Source: Eledone cirrhosa
Taxonomy: Eukaryota
Reading direction: 5' to 3'
Assembly (NCBI GenBank): GCA_964016885.1
Contig: OZ024740.1
Coordinates: 130,944,001-131,008,000 of the forward strand
Length of the DNA stretch: 64,000 nucleotides
Shown: one piece after another, positions 45,501 to 59,164 of the stretch
Numbering within the stretch: position 1 is the first letter of the stretch
Layout: every line of letters starts with the position of its first letter
Program-made: the position numbers and the translations under genes
The notes under the pieces: model-generated
Database searches by the model: none
What the model saw: only the letters and a program-made list of their open reading frames with translations
What the model was told of the DNA's origin: nothing

Positions 45501-46597
45501 ATCTTCACTCCACATAAGTGAGTGGCGACTTTAGCCGATGCATAATAGAGATGATTTAAATCAGTAATGTTTAGTTTGTTTGTGATGATAATGTTTTTGA
45601 GAATTATGTTAGTCTTGTGTATTATCATTTGGTTCTGTTTGGAGTTCTGGATCTTAGGGAGGGTGTCTCGTTGCCCATGTGAGATTCTTTCATTTTCATC
45701 CATTCGATCATAATTTCATCCTTCAAGTTGGCAAGTTCATTCTCATTCATTTCTTTATCATTTACGATCTCATTATTTTCATATGGAGTTTCATACTGAG
45801 CATGCACTCCCTCCACTTTTTCGATTTTTTCTTTAATTGTTATTGTTGCCAGTGATTCCGCCCCAACCCTGGGATTCGAAGTGTTACAATTTACCTCGTT
45901 TTCACTGACACATGTTTCATTTTCCCTTCGCTGACTTTGTGCTAATAGCTTGATGTGATCAATTTCTATATCAGTTAGTAACTTTTTTCTTACAATATTT
46001 CTTCGTATATTGTCTAGTTTGTTACTGTCAATATAGCCTCTGTTTTCGGGATGTTTCTTTTTCCAGTTGATATATGTCTGTTCTGTATTCGATGTATTTG
46101 ATGGGTAGTACATGGCAGTGTAGAAAGCCTCAAGGACTTCCTTATTATCTTCCCTTGACCATTTTTCTCTCTTTTTCTTTGGATTTCTCGGTGGTGAGCA
46201 TGGAGAGCCAACAGTAGGAGTATTCCGTTTATGGGAGGTCTCCAGCTCCGAAGTGTTGGGAAGGTTTGAACCATTAGCTGATTGTTCGACCCCAGTCTGG
46301 TTCCTCTCTGAGGGACGCAGCCCTTTTTTACCCGGGTGACGGCCGATCCCGTATGATATTTTATCATTAGACATTTACTTTATTTTGTCGCGTTTTATCC
46401 TTATCCGCCAAGGAGTAATCATTTCGTGTTACCACTTCTAGAACGAGTGTCAACCAAGACTAGAGGGGTCGTTCTCCCCTAGAGACACGGCTATTCCACG
46501 CCGGCCGCCATCCCGGTATTTCTTGGTCACGTGGTTTTGTTTTTGTTGTTTTTTTAAATTGTTATTATCATGAGTGGTTCCTTAATGTGAGCATTGC
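42595..46597 (-). mobile_element. Near full-length Dong/R4-clade LINE, single ORF broken by frameshifts and stops
   Basis: ATG at 46374, REKWSRE N-terminus, [37 protein letters not shown] and K..KY RLE motifs; 3' end runs into (TAA)n at 42515-42592. Confidence 0.92.
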
Positions 46598-47006
46598 GTA
46601 AAATTTGAGACAATAATAATAGTAATTATTATTATGATGCTGGTGAAATTGCTGTTATCTGGCTGTTATATTTAGTGTGATGGGATAGGTGGTGTATCAA
46701 GTTTCTGGTGTTGGTGAAATTGCTGTTATTTGGCTGTTCTATATAGTGTAGACAGAGGGTGTTTTTTTCCCATTTATAACCATTTTCTTTTTTTAATACA
46801 AAATATATAATACAAAATTGAATATTTGAGCGATACAAAAATATAATATGGATCCGAAACTTTATGGGACCTCATTCAGTGGTTTATGCAACATTTGTAC
46901 TAAGAATTGTTATTTCACAATTGATTTAAATATGTTAAAAATCAAAAACTTACGGGAGCGATTTCATGACTTTCTACCACCTCGTGCGTCTTCTTCCCAT
47001 CTTCTT

Positions 47007-47090
<84 letters not shown>

Positions 47091-50000
47091 GGCGACCTAC
47101 GTAGTAAATCGTATCATCTTGAGCTCCGCAAAGGTTTGTTATTTCCGTTTGTTAAAAATTGCCATTTATGGAAAATGTTTATTGTTAACTATATATAAGC
47201 GCGCATACATTGTTTTCCGAAAAGGACACCCAAAAAGATTGGGTCCTTGTGCCCAAAATTTAAATTTCATGATTATCAAAAAAATTCTTTGAAAAGAAAA
47301 TGGCTAATTCACCTCTGCACCAAGCAGCTGAGAGCCTTCATCACAAATTAACACCTCACAGCGACTCCACCATTGTAAATGTTACTACGTTTGCCAACAC
47401 TAAAAAAAATATAAGCAGTAGCAATATTTTAAATTTGTCTCAGGCAAACATTCATTTCCCGCCATTACCAATGACTGCAGGTGTTAAAGCCGCTACCACC
47501 ACCAACATGATGTCGAAATGTTTTCACCCAAAATGGACTCATCCACTACGAACACCACTGATGTCACCACCACCACAACTGAAACTAAAATTAATAATAA
47601 CAAAAATAACGATAACAACAACAGCAACAATGACATTAGGAAAACCACCTTGAGTTTTGCCAGAGTAGCAAAACAGTGCGAAGCATTTCAGGTAACTCAG
47701 GAGGAATTCGAAAATGCCAAAAAAATGGTAAAGAAAGATGGGTATGGGGTTAGACTCCCCCCACACACACACACACCTAATAAAATGGACCATCGGCGCC
47801 TATGGAACCGTGGATGTGTTCTTTGAAACACCAGGAGAGGCTAGAGAACAATCCATGGCCCCATTAAGAAGTGACGACTTCACACTCGTCCCAAGCTATT
47901 GTGGCCAGAGACTCGTAAAGATCAGGGTGACCTACGTTCCACCGGCCATCGAAATTCCCTGGCTATTAGTGGCCGTCCTCGCCGGCATCGAAGCCAACAC
48001 CAAGATAATGGCAATAGCAAAAAAAACAAAACAGGAGAACTGGTCCGTATCTGAGATGGAGCTCCTGATCCAAGCGGACCAAAAAAGCATTCAGGAGATC
48101 CCAGAGGTAATAGACCTCACTTACGGCAGCCAACTCACCGTAATTGTCGAGGGCAGAAGGGCTAAGTGTGTCGTTTGTGGTGAAGGAACCCACCTAAGGG
48201 CTTTCTGCCCTCAGGCTAAAAGGTTGAGGCCACCACACCTAACCAACCCCAGTGACTCAACCATCAACACCACCAGTAGCAGAGATGGCAGCAAATCTGT
48301 AGCAGCAACAACAGAAGCAACTATAACAGCAACCACCCCAGCAACAGTAGCAAAACCAACACCACCACCACCCAACGCTTCAGAACTAGCAGCAGCGCCT
48401 ACACGAACCACCACGCCACAACCAAAACTAACGCTTGTGGGGGATTTTCCACTCCCCGGTCTATCACAACTGGAGAAAGATTGTGACGACGAGGAGTGGG
48501 AAACGGTAGCAGCAAAAAAGAAAAAAAAGAAACCAAAAAAAAAAAAAAGAAACCAAAAAAGAAAAAATTCTCTTCCTTCCCACTCGAAAAACAAAATACA
48601 GAGGGAAACAGAATAAATTAACAAACAAAAAAGTTAGGACAGATATGCCACCATCCACACCAGCACACCAACCCCATCACCCCAAACACCAACACCATCA
48701 TCATCATTAACCCCAACACCACCATCACCTGCACCAGAAAAGTCACCAAAATGCGAAACAGAAACAAACCCATAACAAATACAAACAAGACAAAACAACC
48801 AAAACGATACACACTACACAGCTTTAATTTTGAACAACAACCAATTATTACACTACATCCAACACAACACCAGCATCACAGAAAAAGACTACACAACAAC
48901 CCAAAAATGCACACCACCTCCATACATACAAATCACTCGCATCACACGCAAAACGTACATGACACTAAAACAAAAGTTATAAGGAGATCCTTCCTGAGGA
49001 GGCCACAAGCAGTAAAAAGGATGGACAAACCGTCCTTCCTCTACGAGAAGTAAAGTAAGTGGTCTTTCCCAACTTTTCCACTCCATTTCAACCTGACCTC
49101 ACTCAGAATAGGCAGCATACATGCGCGTGGCTTGGGGTCGTCTTGGAAGCAGGGCCACATGCTCAACGTCCTCAGGTCACTAAACATAGATGTAGTGGCG
49201 ATGAGCGAGACCAGAATCTCCGAAGCACGGGCCTTCGCACCGATCTTCGGCGGCTATGATGTGTACGCATCTCCCAGCCGTCCGGGATCGGGGGTGGACT
49301 TGCTGTACTGTTTTGGAGAGGTTTGGAACTTGCCATACGGGCCATCTTCCTGGACCAAGAAGGTAAGTTAGTGGTGCTGGACGTGACCAGCGAAGACGGG
49401 CAAGCATTCAGGTTAGTGGCCGTCTATGCCCCAACAGGAGCAGGGCGGCCTGATTTTTTGCGGTGTCTTGAAACCTTTCTTGGAACGTCCCGCTCTTTAG
49501 TGTTAGTGGCCGACTGGAACGGGATATTAGATGCACGCTGGGACTGTGTGGGATTGGTGGATAGGAGAGAAGGGTGCAAGAGTCTCACCAACCTGCTCAG
49601 GCGTTTTGAACTGTCTGACAGGTACCGATTGTATTTCCCGAATGTACTAATGCGGACTTGGACAAATCGCATAGTGTCATCCAGATCATATCTAGATAGA
49701 GTATTTTGTAGGGAAATAGATAGGTCTAGCATAGGCTGTGCACAATTCAAGATAGTCAGCTACACGGACCACAAATTCGTGATCTGTGTGCTTGACTTAG
49801 ATAGGCTTCATAGACGAGGACCCGGCTACTGGAAGCTAAACGCGTCCTTACCAGCGCGCAAGGCCTACAGAGACCGGATAAGCGAACTAGTTAAGCGGGC
49901 GTTGACGGGGGCCATCTTCAACAACAAGTGGTGGATTGCTCAGAAAGGAGCAATTAGAATAGAGTCCATTAGGTTTATTAATGTTTTAGCAATAGAGACA

Positions 50001-51069
50001 AATAGAGCACAGGGAGAATTATTTAGTAAATTAGACGAGGCGCTTTGCACAGGCATCGCGACCGACGTACTCGCGGCGAAATTGGCCCTTGACCAATTCT
50101 TCAATGCAAAGCACGAAGGCTGCCTTGTCAGAGCTAGGCTGCGTGCTCTCAGAAAGGAGGGGACGAAAGCCGTTGAGTGGGACCGAGTGGCGGAGGCGCG
50201 TCGTGGCAACAAATCCACGATCCGGTCTTTGGTGGACGACGACTGTCGCATACTAATCGATCCCTTGCAAATGTGTGAAGCTTTTCAGCGACACTTCTCT
50301 CAAATATTCGGGGGCAGCGGCAGGCCGGATCGACGGATGGACTTTAGTGTCTACCTCGACGGACTGCCGCGGCTCTCGGCCACTGAGGCAGAGTGTTGCG
50401 AAAAGCCGATAACAGCCGCTGAAGTACGGGAGGCAATGACTGGCTGCACAAGGGTAAATCGCCTGCTTTGGATGGTCTGCCCTATGAACTTTACGTAGAG
50501 ATGCCAGACTTGTTCGGAGGCCTCTTGGTGGACGTCTACTGCAACTGGCAACATAACGGGAGCATTCCCAGCTCTGTGAGCCGAGGAGCGGTGGCGCTGC
50601 TGAGAAAGGGTCCGAACAAGGGGGATAACATAGATAATTTTAGGCCCATAACTCTGCTAAACACAGAGTTCAAGATTTTGGCGAAGGTGCTAGCAAATAG
50701 GTTGGCGCTTGTCATTGTTGACCTGGTGGCATAAGCGCAGACATGCGCCATTCCCGACAGATCCATCCACGACGACCCCCACCTCATGCGATACATCGTA
50801 GAGAGGGTAGCTAGGGAACCTGGCACGGGTGGGTTCTTGATCAATTTAGATCAGTCGAAACTTTGGATAGGGTCGACCATCGTTACCTAGCGGCAGTCCT
50901 GAGGGCGACTGGCTTTGGGCCCGTCTTCAGAGGCTGGATCGATGCCATGCACGGCGACATCTGCTCTGTGGTGAGAGTGAACGGTCACCTTTCGGAACCG
51001 TTCAACATCATGCGCTCAGTCCGCCAAGGATGTCCCCTCTCGTCCCTCTTGTACGTATTGCATCTCGAG
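47091..51069 (+). mobile_element. Tx1/L1-clade LINE copy 1, 3'-truncated inside RT, degraded
   Basis: ORF1 knuckle CVVCGEGTHLRAFC; APE motifs SET, YAP, DWN, LDR, TDH; GYWKLN, RPITLLN, RQGCPLS. Begins right after (TTC)n(TTA)n. Confidence 0.92.
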
Positions 51070-53110
51070 CCATCACTGGAAATAGGTCATTTGTTATCAG
51101 GTGGTCATATGTGTATTCAGTTAGGACTGATGTTAACATGTTATACATTGTGGTCAAGCAAGTTATCGGTCTGTAATTTTGAGGATTGTTTGTCTCATCA
51201 TTCTTCGGAAGCAGGAATGTAATGCCGTTAACTAGCCATGATGGTATCTTTTCTGGCTCCTTAACTATGTCATTGTAAAGTTGGGCTAACAGCTCATGAT
51301 ACTCTGTGAAGGTGCTTATCCTAAAATGTGGTGTTTTTCCTTTCCCTGGGGATTTCCATTTGCTAGATGTTCTAAGTGTTAAACGCAGATGTTCAACCGT
51401 TATATTTTCATATGTTTCCATGTTTGTTCATCAAGGTGAGCTGTTTCCTTCATTTGTCTGTCTATCCAAAAATATCCAAAAATTTGTATTTTGTATTTTC
51501 CTGGGGATTTCCATTTGCTGGTTTTTCTTATAGCCAAGCGCATCTGTTCAACTGTTATATTTTCCCTTATTTGTTCTTCTAGGTGAGCTGTATCTTTCAT
51601 TTGTCTGTCTATCCATGGGGCACGTATGTTATGAACTTTTCTTCGGCCCAGATCTTTTCCCTGAATTCTTGCACTTCCCCCTTGGGTGGTATTGATTTAG
51701 CAGTTATTGTTGACTTACCAATTTTTCTGTAGAAGTTTCTTTGGTCGTTTTTGAATCTAGATCGTTTTTCAAAGCGCCTTATACGAGCAGCTTTGGCCGA
51801 CACTTTTTGCTTGATTATTTCTATCAGCATGTCTATGTCACTTGTTGATTTTATACTGTACTTTCTTTTCAATGTTCTAAGTTTAATTTGTTTAACATGT
51901 TCACCTACTTTATAGTTTGTTAAAATGTCTATGTCATATCGGAGAACGTTTATTTGGCGATTGATGTTCTCTTGCCAAGTAGATTTCTTGTGGGAATTCC
52001 TTTGTTTTTTCATCTTCACTCCACATAAGTGAGTGGTGACTTTAGCCGATGCATAATAGAGATGATTTAAATCAGTAATGTTTAGTTTGTTTGTGATGAT
52101 AATGTTTTTGAGAATTATGTTAGTCTTGTGTATTATCTTTTGGTTATGTTTGGAGTTCTGGATGTTAAGGAGGGTGTCTCGTTGCCCCATGTCAGATACT
52201 TTCATTTTCATCCATTCGATCATAATTTCATCCTTCAAGTTGGCAAGTTCATTCTCATTCATTTCTTTATCATTTACAATCTCATTATTTACATTTGGAG
52301 TTTCATCTTGAGCATGCACTCCCTCCACGTTTTCGATCCTTTCTTTAATTTTTGTTGTTGCCAGTGATTCCGCCCCAACCCTGGGATTCGAAGTGTTACA
52401 ATTTACCTCGTTTTCACTGACACATGTTTCATTTTCCCTTCGCTGACTTTGTGCTAATAGCTTGATCTGATCAATTTCTATATCAGTTAGTAACTTTTTT
52501 TTTTACAATATTTCTTCGTATACTGGCTAGTTTGTTACTGCCAATATAGGCTCTCTTTTCGAGATGTTTCTCTTTCCAGTTGATATATGTCTGTTCTGTA
52601 TTCGATGTATTTGATGGGTAGTACATGGCAGTGTAGAACGCCTCAAGGACTTCTTTATTATCTTCCCTTGACCATTTTTCTCTCTTTTTCTTTGGATTTC
52701 TTGGTGGTGAGCATGGAGGCCAACAGTAGGAGTATTCCGGTTATGGGAGGTCTCCAGCTCCGAAGTGATGGGAAGGTTTGAACCACTAGCTGATTGTTCG
52801 ACCCCAGTCTGGTTCCTCTCTGAGGGACGCGGCCTTTTTTACCCGGGTGACGGCCGATCCGGTATGATATTTTATCATTAGACATTTACTTTATTTTGTC
52901 GCGTTTTATCCTTATCCGCGAAGGGGTAATCATTTCGTGTTACCACTTCTAGAACGAGTGTCAACCAAGACTAGAGGCGTAGTTCTCCCCTAGAGACACG
53001 GCTATCTCCTTTCGGCCGCCATCCCGGTATTTCTTGGTCACGGGGTTTTCTTATTTGTTGTTTTTTTAAATTGTTATTATCATGAGTGGTTCCTTAATGT
53101 GAGCATTACG
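51070..53110 (-). mobile_element. Dong/R4 copy 2, 5' half only, with an internal ~135 bp duplication
   Basis: Collinear with 44710-46597; WKSPGK occurs twice (51340-51610). Confidence 0.9.
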
Positions 53111-53358
53111 TGGCTTAAGAATGAAATTATTATTATTATTATTATTATTGGCGACCTACGTAGGAAATCGTATTATCGTGAGCTCCGCAAAGGTTTGTTA
53201 TTTCCGTTTGTTTAAAAATTGCCATTTATGGAAAATTTTATTGTAAACTGTTTATAAGCACACATACATTGTTTTCCGAAAAGGACACCCAAAAAGATTG
53301 GGGCCTTGTGCCCAAAATTTTAACTTTTATTATTATCCAAAAATTTCTTTGAAAAAAA

Positions 53359-55314
53359 ATGGCTAATTCACCTCTGCACGAAGCAGCTGAAAGCCTTCCT
53401 CACAAAATAACACCTCACACCGACACCACCATTGTAAATGTTACTACGTTTGCCAACACAAAAAAAAATATAAGCAGTAGCAATATTTTAAATTTGTCTC
53501 AGGCAGACATTCATTTCCCGCCATTACCAATGACTGCAGGTGTTAAACCCTCCACCACCACCACCACCGCGACAACCACCACCACCACCACCACCACCGC
53601 GACAACAGAAACAAAAGAAGAAAAAAATAAATTAACTCGTGACGTCGAAATGAAATCAAGCAAAATGGACTCTTCCCCACCAAAGACGACTGACGTCACC
53701 ACCACCACAACTGAAAATAAAATTAATATCAACGATAGCAACAACAACAACAATGACATTATAAAACCGACCCTCAGTTTCGCCATCGTAGCAAAACAAT
53801 TCGAAGCGTTCACGGTAACTCAAGAAGATTTAGAAAATGCCAAACAAATGGTAAAGAAAGATGGGTACAGGGTCAGCCTCACACCCCCACCGTGTCGTAT
53901 AGAACAATAAATGTAAAATCGCGCCGAGTGGAACGGGCAGCCGAGTCCCAAATCCAAAAAGCTTTGGGACATGTGTGGGCAAGAAAAACCCATATAGTCG
54001 TGGGCAAGAGTATGGAACCGTGGATGTGTTCTTTGAAACACCAGAGGAGGCTAGAGAACACTCCATGGCCCCATTAAAAAGTGACGACTTCACACTCGTC
54101 CCAAGCTATTGTGGCCAGAGACTCGTAAAGATCAGGGTGACCCACGTTCCACCGGCCATCGAAATTCCCTGGCTAATAGCGGCTGTCATCGCCGGCATCG
54201 AGGCCAACACGAAAATAATAACAATAGCAAAAGAAAAGCAGGAAAACTGGTCCGGATCTGGGATGGAGCTCCTGATCCAAGCGGACCAAAAAAGCATTGA
54301 GGAGATCCCAGAGGTAATAGACCTCACTGACGGCAGCCACCTCACGGTAATTGTCGAGGGCAGAAGACCTAGGTGTGTCGTTTGTGGTGAAGGAACCCAC
54401 CTAAGGGCTTTCTGCCCTCAGGCTAAAAGGTTGAGGCCACCTCTCCTACCCACCCCAGTGACAAAACCATCAACACCACCAGTAACAGAGATGGCAGCAA
54501 CAACTGTAGCAGCAACAACAGAAGCAACTATAACAGCAACAACCCCAGCAACAGTAGCAAAACCAACACCACTACCACCACCAGCAAACCAACACCACCA
54601 CCACCTAACGCTTCAGAACTAGCACCAGCGCCTACACCATCCACCACACCACAACCAAAACTAACGGCTGTGGAGGATTTTCCACTCCCCGGCCTATCAC
54701 AACTGGAGACAGATTGTGACGACGAGGAGTGGGAAACGATATCCGGAAAAAAAAAAAGAAAACAAAAAAGAAAAAATTCTCTTCCTTCCCCCTCCAAAAA
54801 CAAAATACAGAGGGAAACAAATAAACTAAGAAACAAAAAAGTTAGGACAGATATGCCACCATCCACACCAGCATCACCAACCCCATCAACCCAAACACCA
54901 ACACCATCACCATCATCATCCCCAGCACTACCATCACCTACACCACAAAAGTCACCAAAAAGCGAAACAGAAACAAACCCACAACAAACGCAAACAAAAC
55001 AAAACAACCAAAACGATACACACTACACAGCATTAAATTTGAACAACAAGCAATTATTACACTACATCCAACACAACACCAGCATCGCAGAAAAACACTA
55101 CACAACAACCCCAAAATTCACACCACCTCCACACATACAAATCACTCGCATCACACAGAAGACGTACATGACACTAAAACAAAAATTCCCCAAAGACATC
55201 GGAGACTTCCGACAAGCACTCTCCAGCAGAATTTATAAGGACATCCTTCCTGAGGAGGCCACAAGCAGTGAAAAGGATGGAAAAGCCGTCCTTCCCCTAC
55301 GAGAAGTAAGGTAA
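53359..55314 (+). pseudogene. Tx1 ORF1 (gag-like, CCHC knuckle), two frameshifts
   Basis: Fragments 53359-53910, 53975-54622 and 54670-55314; Cx2Cx4Hx4C knuckle, P/T-rich region and basic NLS-like stretch. Confidence 0.85.
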
Positions 55315-58300
55315 GTGGTCTTTCCCATCTTTTCCACTCCTTTTCAACAATCACCTCACTCAGAATAGGCAGCATAAATGCGCGTGGCTTGGGGTCGTCA
55401 TGGAAGCAGGGCCACCTGCTCAACGACCTCAGGTCACTAAACATAGATGTAGTGGCCATCAGCGAGACCAGAATCTTCGAAGCACAGGCTTTCGCACCGA
55501 TCTTCGGCGGCTACGGTGTGTACGCATCTCCCAGCCGTCCGGGATCGGGGGGAGGAGTTGCTGTGCTTTTTCGGAGAGGTTTGGATCTTGCCATACGGGC
55601 CATCTTCCTGGACCCAGAAGGTAAGTTGGTGGTGCTGGACGTGACCAGCGGAGACGGGCAAGCTTTCAGGTTAGTGGCCGTCTATGCCCCGACAGGAGCA
55701 GGGCGGCCTGATTTCTTCCGGCGTCTGGAAACCTTTCTTGGAACGTCCCGCTCTTTAGTGTTAGTGGGCGACTGGAACGGGATCTTAGATGCACGCTGGG
55801 ATTGTGTGGAATTAGTGGATAGGGAAGGAGGGTGCAAGAGTCTCACCAACCTGCTCAGACGTTTTGAACTGTCTGACAGGTACCGAATGGATTTCCCGAA
55901 TGTATCAATGTGGACTTGGACAAATCGCATAGGGTCATCCAGATCATATCTAGATAGAGTATTTTGTAGGGAAATAGATAGGTCTAGCATAGGCTGTCCA
56001 CAATTCAAGATAGTCAGCTACACGGACCACAAATTCGTGATCTGTGTGCTTGACTTAGATAGGCTTCATAGACGAGGACCCGGCTACTGGAAGCTAAACG
56101 CGTCCTTACCAGCGCGCAAGGCCTACAGAGACCGGATTAGCGAACTAGTTAAGCGGGTGTTGACGGGGGCCATCGTCAACAACAAGTGGTGGTTTGCTCT
56201 GAAAAGAGCAATTAGAATAGAGTCCATTAGGTTTAGTAAGACTTTAGCAATAGAGAAAAATAGAGCAGAGGGAGAATTAGTTAGAAAATTAGATGAGGCG
56301 CTTAGCAAAGGCATCGCGACCGACGTACTTGCGGCGAAATTGGCCCTTGACCAATTCTTCAATGCAAAGCACGAAGGCTGCGTTGTCAGAGCTAGGGTAC
56401 GTGCTCTCAGACACGAGGGGACGAAAGCCGTTGAATGGGCCCGAGTGGCGGAGGCGCGTCGTGGCAACAAAGCCACGATCCGGTCTTTGGTGGACCACGA
56501 CGGGCGCATGCTACTCGATCCCGGGAAAATGTGTGAAGCTTTTCAGCGACACTTCGCTCAACTGTTCGGGGGCAGTGGCGGGCTGGATCGAGGGATGGAC
56601 TTTAGTGTCTACCTCGACGGACTGCCGCGGCTTTCGGCCACTGAGGCGGAGTGTTGCGAAAAGCCGATAACAACCGCTGAAGTACGGGATGCAATGACTA
56701 GTTGCACAAGGGGCAAATCGCCTGGTTTGGATGGTCTGCCCTATGAACTTTACGTACAAATGCCAAACTTGTTCGGAGGCCTCTTGGCGGACGTCTACTG
56801 CAACTGGCAACAGAACGGGAGAATTCCCAGCTCTGTGAGCCGAGGAGCGGTGGCGCTGCTGAGAAAGGATCCGAACAATGGGGATAACATAGATAATTTT
56901 AGGCCCATAACTCTGCTAAACACAGAGTTCAAGATTTTGGCCAAGGTGCTAGCAAAGAGGTTGGCGCTTGTCGTTGGTGGTCTGGTGGGAGAGGCACAGA
57001 CATGCGCCATTCCCGACAGATCCATCCACGACAACCTCCACCTCATGCGATACATCGTAGAGAGGGTAGCTAGGGAACCTGGCACGGGTGGGTCTTTGAT
57101 CAATTTAGATCAGTCGAAAGCCTTCGATAGGGTCGACCATCGTTACCTAGCGGCAGTCCTGAGGGCGGCTGGCTTTGGGCCCGTCTTCAGAGGCTGGATC
57201 GCTGCCATGCACAGCGACATCTGCTCTGTAGTGAGAGTGAACGGTCACCTTTAGGAACCGTTCAACATCATGCGCTCGGTCCGCCAAGGATGTCCCCTCT
57301 CGTCCCTATTGTACGTATTGACTCTCGAGCCATTACTGCACAAACTGGAGACGTTGAGGGGGGTCCCGCGCGAACTAGGATGCGGAAGATCCGTGTCAGC
57401 ATATGCCGACGATGTCACCGTAGTGGTGTCGAACGCCAAACACATCGAGGCGATCGGCACTACACTAAGAGAATACGAAGCGGTGACAGGAGCAATGATC
57501 AACCAGGAAAAGTCAGTGGGCCTGCAGCTCGGCACCTGGAGAGGCAGGTCCATGCCGTCCAACAGCGTCGTCGGGCGCTGGACGGACGGACCGGTTAAAT
57601 TGCTAGGGGTCTGGTTCGGTCCAGACGTCCAGACGGACAAAAACTGGGACGAGGTGACGAGCAGGGTGGCTTCTCTCACCCAGAAATGGGCCGAGAGGAG
57701 GCTATCCCTGAAAGGTCGAGCGGAGGTGGCGAATGCGTACATCGCATCCGTCATCTACTACCGCCTGACCGTCGTACCTTGTCCTAAGCCCCGCCTGACT
57801 GCGCTGGAGCTATTGCTCTTTCGCTTCATGTGGAAGGGACGCGCTCCGATGGTCAGGCGGTCCATCTGCTGTCAACACCCGCTACGTGGAGGGCTGGGCA
57901 TGCCGTGGCTGATGATGCGCAGACACGCGCTCAGGCTACGACATCTCCACCTCTTCCTCGACGGTGATCAGGTGTGGTCGCCGTTTGCAAGACACGTTTT
58001 TCCCCAGCTCGTCTCCTTGACGGAGCTGCAGTCCTGGGTCAAGCGAAGACCGAGAGGGAGCGCTTGGAGACTGGAATGTCTTCAGGCGCTCACAGCCCTC
58101 GGCCAATCGGGCAATGTGATCGGTGGAAACTCCACCTTGGCGTTCTATAGGGGATTAGTGGAGGGGAAGAGCGACGACGTACTTGGAGAAACTCTAGGCG
58201 TCGACGAAAATCAACTAGCCAATCTCTTCGGAAGGACTTTCGGGCCGGGGCCTATGGACAACTTCCAGAAATCCCTGGCCTGGCAGTGCTACCGAGGAGC

Positions 58301-58769
58301 TTTGCCAGTTCGGGATAAACTCTACGGGCATGGAGGTGCCGTCAGCCGGGCATGTCCGAGATGTGCGCAGGGCGACGAAACCGTCCTGCACGCACTCGTC
58401 CAGTGTCCGAGCATTGCTGACTTGTGGGTTTATGTCGAACACCTGCTGTCACGTGTAGGACGGATCCAGCTATCAGCTGAGTCCATCGTGAGGATTGCCC
58501 CGCCCCCTTCCTTTAGCCTGGAAGGGCAGGCAGTTTTTATCTGTCTGGTGGCCATGGCGAAAGAGATAGTATGGTGGACACGTTTGAAAGAGCTGAAGAC
58601 GAGCACTTACCTCTTCGGTGATGCCCTGATTAACTTTTTCAAATTTCATTTGAAAAGGAAAATCAGGGTAGAGAGGGAAGTGCTCTCTTCCCAGCATTTT
58701 GTTGAAAGATGGGTGAGAGAAGCAAGTATGGCCCGAATGAATGGGCCTTCTCTGAGTATGTGTCTGTAA
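55272..58769 (+). pseudogene. Tx1 ORF2 (APE endonuclease, RT, C-terminal CCHC), one nonsense mutation
   Basis: IGSINARGL, SET, GDWN, TDH, DQSKAFDRV, RQGCPLS, YADD, CPRC..ETVLHALVQC. TAG at 57252-57254 corresponds to TCG in copy 1. Confidence 0.93.
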
Positions 58770-59018
58770 ATTAAAGGTGGAAAACTGGGAGAGGGCACTT
58801 GCCCTGGTGGTCAGGGCCACTGTGGTCTTTTAATGAGCTTTCTCCACAAATGTCCCTCGGAAGTCCCCCCCCCTATTGGGGAATTTTTCTTTGTTATTTT
58901 ATTTCAACCTCTGTTTTTTTTTACACGCAGAAATGCCCATTTGTACCGTCCTGTATTGTCCTGTACTGTCCTTAATGTCTACTTTATGTGAACCCTTGTG
59001 GTTAATAAAGAAAACATT

Positions 59019-59055
<37 letters not shown>

Positions 59056-59118
59056 AACTCTGTCTAGCTCTACACCTCGACAGAAGTGAACCTACGGTAA
59101 CTCCAACTTACACTCCCT

Positions 59119-59163
<45 letters not shown>

Positions 59164-59164
<1 letters not shown>

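Larger units (their letters stand above)
53150..59015 (+). mobile_element. Tx1/L1-clade LINE copy 2, full length, flanked by (TTA)n
   Basis: 5' end GGCGACCTACG after (TTA)n, both ORFs present, AATAAA then (ATT)n at the 3' end. Confidence 0.95.

Noticed and set aside
55272-55314. -1 ribosomal frameshift between Tx1 ORF1 and ORF2
   Set aside because: No canonical X XXY YYZ heptamer is shared by both copies; not fully excluded.
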